64,000 nucleotides of DNA from Octopus vulgaris. Its lineage: Eukaryota. This document shows positions 57,187 to 64,000 of this stretch, piece after piece. The position numbers and the translations under genes are program-made. Every line of letters begins with the position of its first letter. The first letter of the stretch is position 1. Location: assembly GCA_951406725.2 (NCBI GenBank), contig OX597815.1, positions 117,366,001 through 117,430,000 of the forward strand, read 5' to 3'. The notes beneath the pieces are model-generated. The model was not told the origin of the DNA and made no database searches. It was given only the letters and a program-made list of their open reading frames with translations.

Positions 57187-58214
57187 CTATCAATTCTATG
57201 TGATTATCCAAATACCTGTTTACTTATGATAGTAGTTCCCTACCCTTCTACACACATGATCACTTGCCCGCCACCATCTCACTATCCACTGTTAATAAGT
57301 CATTATTCACCAATCATTATTATATTATTTAGAACAATTTTGCTGAAAAGACATGCTGAGAAAGTCATATTCATTTTAATGAAAATTTCACACACCACTG
57401 ATTTGTTTGAAATACTCACACATACTGTATTTGTCTCTCTTTGTCTCACTTTTTCATTATTTGACTGCCTGTCTTTCTTCGCTTTATGAATTCAGCAAAT
57501 TCAAAATCTCTAGCTATTCTTTCCTCCCCCTCTTTGATATTCCTACTATTTTTTTATATCTTTGTATTTGCTTCTAAAGTGTTCTAGTGTTAAAAAAATC
57601 TATTTAAAAATGTTATTAATTTAAGTAATTTATATTATTTATCAACAAACGAAAAACAATATGTCATCTAAATCCTATACAAATTATTATCAGTGATATG
57701 ACGAAGTTCATTTAATATTTGATTATTATTTTAAAAGCTTTTCTAATACGAACAACATATTCTGTTATTAACTTCATAACCATCGCTAATAGCATTTTGT
57801 TCGAGTTGTTTTTGCCCAGCCAACAATATAATTGTCGAAGACAATAATTAACTGGAATAATTGCAAATTTCTGCTCATTTCATTTGAGAGTATCGTAATA
57901 AACTTCATGGGGTGGGGGTTTGCTGGTACTCCGGGTATGCAGAAATTTCGGCGCCTTTATAATAAATGTTTTTGAAATATTTTACACAGAATAAAATTTG
58001 AAAATATTTTGTGAAATATATGGTTTATAAAAGGAATGTAAGCATTTAAACTGACATTCCGTCGGTTACGACGACGAGTGTTCCACTTGATCCGTTCAAC
58101 AGAACAGCCTGCTGTGAAATTATCGTGCAAGTGGCTGAACACTCCACAAACACGAACACTTAATGTAGTTCTTTGGGAGATTGGGAAAGTGACAGGGCTG
58201 GTCCTTTCAATAGC

Positions 58215-60040
58215 TGTTGTACTTCTCTCATTCACTTGCAAAGAATAACACAGTGATACTACGGATAGGTTTATTGTATGTCTCTCTAACAGTCTATAAC
58301 AAGAAAAGACAACAGCAAAAGGAGAAACGCCCCTCTACCAACTCTCCTTGTATAGCGGTTAGCCATTAGGACATTCTAGAGAGTTCTACAACTATCCATT
58401 CGATCCTATTGGACAGATTCACATACCAGCATTTTCTACTGGAGAGATTTAGATGCTAGCGATTTCCACACCTCCCAACCGAACCTGATGATGCACTAAA
58501 AGCATCAACAACAAAGTCTCTCTCTGGGCTTGGGTGCTCTCTTGTATCGTCTTGGATTGTCCAGTCCATACTCTGGTACAGGCGGTTTGGTCTTAGGTAG
58601 AAGTGGTCTGATCTGTCTCTGAGTTTGTGGCACTTCTTCCAGGATCTCCATTGGATGATCAATTGGATGCTCAGAAATATTGTCCGTCTCATCCCCAGGT
58701 TTGCAGTCTTCTGTAGAAGCGTAGCGCGGACGTAACTGTTCCCAGTGTCGTCTCCATACTGGGCCACGAGGAAAGACCTCGACGTTGAAGCAGCGAAAAC
58801 CCAATGACTTTGTGATGAATGCTGGTACCTATTAGGGCTGTTTGTCATGGCGAGGTCCATAGTACAGTGCATATACAGGATTACCAGCCTTGTATTGCCT
58901 GGTTACCTTGGCGACACCTCCCGAGTCTGGAGTCATTTCAGCCTTTGATGATACTTTGGATTGCTTGCCCTGAGCTATGTGTGCTGGTGAGGGCAGTAGA
59001 GTCGCTTGGAGAGAATCCACAGGATGTCGGCGTTCTCCAGCATCAAGAACTCTTTTGAAGAGCTCACTTCGTGGGCAGGGAAGACTTTCTCAGTGCTTTC
59101 TTGAATGACTGCACCAAACATTCTACAGCTCTGTTGGTAGCTGGATGGTACGGTGCACCTGTCAGGTGTGTGATCCCACGTTCTTTGCACCAGCTCTGAA
59201 ATTCTTCAGAAAGGAAAGTTGATGTATTATCCATGATCAGCGTGTGAGGGCATCCGAAGTGAGCGAAGTCCACTTCCAGCAAATCTAAAGGGGTTTTAGC
59301 GGATGTGGATGACATTAGGTGAATACATGGATTCTGTGAGAAGGCATCCGTGATCACCAGCCAGTTCATACCCATGAAGTTGATGGCATAATCCACGTGT
59401 AAGCGGCTCCATGGCTTCTCTGGTAGCATCCATGGGTGAGCTACAAGCTTGGATGGCTTGTTTTGATGTTCCCCATACGAGTCATATCGTTGACAAGCCA
59501 TCTTAATAGCTGCATCAATACCGGGCCAGTAGACAGTGATTCTTGCCTACTGCTTCATACGTTCCGTACTGAAGTGTCCGATATGCAGTAGATCTAGGAT
59601 ATTGGAGAGTAGGCTCTGTGGAATCACAACTCTTGATCCAAGGATGAGGTATCCGTGGTAGATACTGAATGCATCCGACAACTTCTGGAACTTTTCGACT
59701 TCATCATTGGTTTCAATGTGCTTCGGTGGCCACTCTTCGCGGACATAGCGCAGCACTATTGTTATCACTGGATCTTTCCCAGACTTTTGACAGAGGATGT
59801 TGCTGTCCTCAGGTTTGACTTGAAGATAGAACTTTGATGGTGCACACCATGTCCATGTCTTCACCACTTTCCTCCCTGTCGAAGTCGTTGTCTCCAGAAC
59901 TAAGAGCATCTACATTGTCATGATCCGCTGTTTTCCGGTACTCGATTGTATAGTCAAACTGGTTCAGCTATAGAACCTATCGAGCTAGTCGGTTTTCTGC
60001 CCAAAGAGATCTCTACACCTTTCTTCGGGCCGAACAGTGC
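58215..60040 (-). mobile_element. Ty3/Gypsy element, 3' half: RNase H end, integrase, PPT and 3' LTR (58215-58470)
   Basis: LFGPKKGV..NRLAR..LNQFDYTIEYRKT, LHIGHF..RMKQ.ARITVYWPGID, PWSRLHVDYA, IMDN, GAPYHPATNRAVE. PPT GGTTGGGAGG lies before a TG...CA LTR. Many disablements. Confidence 0.93.
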
Positions 60041-60540
60041 TTGCTTGAGAAAACACAACTAGATCTCATAATGCAGGGAAACAGTTGCATAATCAACTAC
60101 CTGCACACCCGGAGAATTACGTTGCGTGGAAACGATTGTAGTAATTATAAAAATAAATGTCCAACCGTACCCCTTCTTGTTGACTCCAATGTTTTCAATT
60201 ATATATAATTAATTAATTAATAGCGACAAACACAGTATTAATACCTAAACGCAATCTTTATGAGCAACTTAACGTGGATGTTGTGTTAGAACAGCAAATA
60301 TTGCGTTATTTACCAAGAGAGGATCTCTCATATGGATGCATGGTGCAGAAAAGTACTCATCTTTGTATTGCTGGCAGACAATACAAAGATGGCGGATGCT
60401 GGCCTACCCGTCTAGCCAGCGGGATTGCAGCTTTCGGAAGCTACAATAACGCGAGGAAGTGCATTATGACCAATGATGCATACAACACTCGACCGTTGAT
60501 AGTCTGATCAGCAAAGTATCACAGTATCTCTCTCTATCTG

Positions 60541-60631
<91 letters not shown>

Positions 60632-61267
60632 CAACTAGGAGCAGTCTGTGTGGTAAGAAGCTTGTTTCCCAACCACATAGTATATATATATATATATATA
60701 TACGTGACTTTGTGTCTATTTGTCACCCACAACCACTTGACAACTGGTGCTGGTGTGTTTATATCCCCGTAACTTAGTGGTTTGGCAAGAAAGACCGTTA
60801 GAATAAGTAGGCTTTCAAAAATATATCCAGAGGTCGATTTGTTCGACTAAAATTCTTCAAGACGGTGCCCCAGCATGGACGCAATAAAATGACTGAAACA
60901 GGTAAAAGATAAAAGATCTATATATATATACATATATATAGAACGAACTTCTTCACAATTTCAGTCTACCAAATTCACTCACAATGCTTTGGTCGACCCG
61001 AAGTTATAATAGAAAGCATTTTCCCAAGGTGCCGTGCAGTGGGAAAGGAACTGAAGCCACCCTGTTGCAAGCCGAACTCCTTAGCGACACAGCCATGCCA
61101 ACAATAAATGCCTGACGAAGGCACGTGGCTTAGTGGTTAGGGTATTCGGGTCACAGTCGTATGGTTGTGAGTTCGATTCTTAGCAGCGTGTTATGTCCTT
61201 GAGCAAGACACTTTATTTCACGTTGTTCCAATCCATTGAGTTGGCAAAAATAAGTTACACTAGTAAT

Positions 61268-63215
61268 TGTCGTGGAGATCGCTAGTATCTAAATCTATCC
61301 AATAGAAATTGCTGGCACTCGAATCTGTCCAACAGAATCGAATGGATAGTTGCAGAATTCTCTAGAATGTCCTAATGGCTTAGCGCTATATACGTAGAGC
61401 TAGTTGAGGGGCGTTTCTCTTTTTGTCTTTGTCTTTTCTTGTTATACACTGTTAGAGAGACAGATAATAGACCTATCTGGAGTATCACTGTGTTCTTCTT
61501 TGCTAGTGAACGAGAGAAGCACAACAAATTGGCATCGTCAATAGTATAAGAAAGATTATCCTTGCCGAGCGGACTTTTTACCTTGACGTCGATAATACAA
61601 TTATTTGAAAGGTAAACAACCAGTTTTGCACATAAGCTTCTGTCTTCCTGTATTTCTAGTATCAGTTAAATTATTGCTTTGTCAAGAGTTTTACGGAATA
61701 TAATACTTTATTTTATCTAATATAGTTAGAGTTTTACTGTAAGCTATTTTTACCTTGACAACAATGGCGGAACAAAGCGGCGAGGTGAGAAAGTTGCACA
61801 CACAACACCTGCAACTTCAGAAGGGACAAATGGAGGTACAGGTGCAGCAGCACAGAGAAGACATGGAAGCTTTGAGAAGGCTGGTTCAAGTTCAAATTTC
61901 TGAAAAGGATTCCAGTCCAAGTTCCCGTCTTCCAACTTCTTCAACTGCTATCCCACCATTTGCTACTTTTGATTCAACATCAAAACTGTGATCAGATAAT
62001 TGGTCAAGATTCTGCACTTTTGTTGTGGCCAACGCCATGCCTGACCAGCGCATGGCTCAAGTTTTCTTGACGAATCAAACCGCTACCATCCATAAACAAC
62101 TGGCGAATCTGGCTACTCAACAGAGTTCGCCTAATGGTATTAACGAGCTGACGATGGAGGAAATTGTCAACTTTTTTGAATTATCAACAATTCGACCCAA
62201 AACGTTTCATTGTGCGAGAACGTTTCAAGTTCTGGAGCGACATGCAACGGAAGCCAGGTGAAACTCTCCAGAAGCTGGCAGCGCGTATACGCCAAGACGT
62301 TGCTACCTGTGACTTTCCTACGATCACAGGCCGTCAAGATGAAGCTCTCAGGCAGAGATTCATATGTTCTGTCAACAATGAAGCTATCTTGAAGACTCTT
62401 TTCAAGATCAAGGACACAGAGCTGGATTTTGCCCCTACTGTCTAAGTCGCGATTGAGATTGAAGTCGCGGCGAAGGTTGCCAAGGAGACTGTTTACGGTT
62501 CCAAGACCAAGCCTGTCAACAAGGTCAGGCAGAGACAGAACACGCGTCAATGAAAAAAACCCATCTGCAGTCTAATTCCATAGACACTGAATCGAAGTGT
62601 TACAGATGTGGAAAGGCCCATAACGTGACAGACTGCCCCTACAAAGAAGTTAAATGCTACCTTTGTAACAAGAAAGGGCATTTTGAAGCTGTTTGTAAGA
62701 AGAAGCAACGATAGCAACAGAAACATCGTTTCCAACGTTCCGTGAAAGAGAATCACGAAAACAGAGCTTGTAAAAATAAACCTCGGTGAAGTTTCCGACG
62801 ATACTTTTTGGTTAGTAGTGTCAATCACAATCCAAGACCGACAGTTCACGATGGAACTGGACTCTGCATCTACGGAAAATTTCGTTTCTTTGCTGGTCTG
62901 GAAACAACTAAGAAAACCGAAGCTAGATGATGTCAGACTTAGCTATGGGTCTACCAGCAAGCACAACCTGCCCGTGCTGGGAACTTTCATGGGCCAAACC
63001 AAGGATCCAATGATTAGTAAACAAAAGCTCAATTCTTTACATAGTCACCAAGAACTCTGACCTGAACTTGCTGGGACGAAACACTATTCAGACACTGGGA
63101 ATCTCTGTGGACAATGCTCTTGGACTGAGACGCATAGAGAGTCAAGACAAGAGCGAGGGTGCAAGAACAGCGCATCCTAAGACCTCTAACGGGTCTTATG
63201 CTTCCCTATCGAGTT
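61268..63215 (+). mobile_element. Ty3/Gypsy element, 5' half: 5' LTR (61268-61526), PBS, gag and aspartic protease
   Basis: The TG...CA LTR is homologous to 58215-58470 in the opposite orientation. PBS TGGCATCGTC. Gag ERFKFWSDMQRKPGET with zinc knuckles (CYRCGKAHNVTDC, CYLCNKKGHFEAVC) and protease MELDSAS...NLLGR. Confidence 0.92.
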
Positions 63216-63386
63216 TCCTAGACCATACAGGGTAAATAGAATTTGATACAAGAGCATATATATTTTTAATCGACAGAAAGTTAAAAATATGACTCAAGGA
63301 CCGAAAGTTTCCTATATGCCACTTATCAAACAATCGGACAAGTGTCATGCACGAAACTCTCAACACTTGAGTCACTCTTGATTAGA

Positions 63387-63437
<51 letters not shown>

Positions 63438-63438
<1 letters not shown>

Positions 63439-63975
63439 TGCCCATATCACGAACGAATGCCCTAGACTTGCCCAAAACCGCTAAAAGTTGCGGCGATTCG
63501 ATCAGGTAGCGAAAGTGTTACATTGGAAACTGCGAAAAGTGGGGGCTAGAGAGAGGCAAGACGGGGTATGAGCACAAACCGCGGAGAGTGGCGGAATCAA
63601 ACACTAACAGAATCCTCTGGGATTTCCCAATCCAAACAGATCAGGTGCTAGAACATAACAAACCGGACCTAATGGTAGTGGACAAGATGCACCACATATG
63701 GTTGATGTTGCATACCCCTTTGACCCACAAATAGTCAAGAAAGGAAGGCGAACATATAGATGTATACTATCCTCCTAAGTATGAAATAGCCCGGCTATGG
63801 AAAATGAAGAAAGTGAAGATAGTGCTAATTATTGTTGGGTCCTTGGGAACAGTATCAGAAGGCACCAAGGGGAATATAAAGGAATTTGAAACAGAGTCCC
63901 CCAGTAGAACTGTTACGAAAGGCTTGCCTCCTTGGCATGGCCAGAATATTCAGGAAAGTACTAGATAGCTGAAAA
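63438..63975 (+). mobile_element. 3' fragment of an R4/Dong-like RLE non-LTR retrotransposon
   Basis: Frameshifted remnants DQVAKVLHWKL, RILWDFPIQTDQVLEHNKPDLMVVDK, KYEIARLWKMKKVKIVLIIVGSLGTV and KACLLGMARIFRKVL. It starts directly after (TAA)n at about 63388-63438. Confidence 0.85.
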
Positions 63976-64000
63976 GAATGGATAACATGGTACCGTAGGC

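Overview
This is AT-rich, microsatellite-dense eukaryotic DNA. Its SINE and LINE complement looks like an octopus (coleoid cephalopod) genome, an inference from recalled repeat families. One protein-coding gene can be rebuilt by hand on the minus strand: an Aa_trans/AAAP-family (SLC32/36/38, AVT1-like) amino-acid transporter. Seven core exons (24474 to 11197) join in frame with GT-AG boundaries. A probable 72-nt exon (34503-34574) and one of two candidate start exons (ATG at 36548 or 56482) complete a protein of about 451-460 aa. A perfect CLEAR motif, an E-box and CCAAT boxes lie upstream of the proximal start. Almost everything else is mobile DNA or simple repeat: RTE, CR1, Tx1-like, RLE-type and Penelope-like retroelements (with hammerhead-like motifs), a non-autonomous LTR element with a tRNA-Trp PBS, a Ty3/Gypsy element apparently split by an inversion, Helitrons, Tc1/mariner, hAT- and piggyBac-like MITEs, tRNA-derived SINEs and several unrelated long foldbacks. 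Most ORFs in the supplied track are microsatellite artefacts. I found no clearly novel multi-gene system. The best leads are the putative lysosomal CLEAR-regulated transporter, a tight divergent first-exon pair at 56.5 kb, the inverted Gypsy insertion, a long-stem-II hammerhead and locally templated patchwork duplications.
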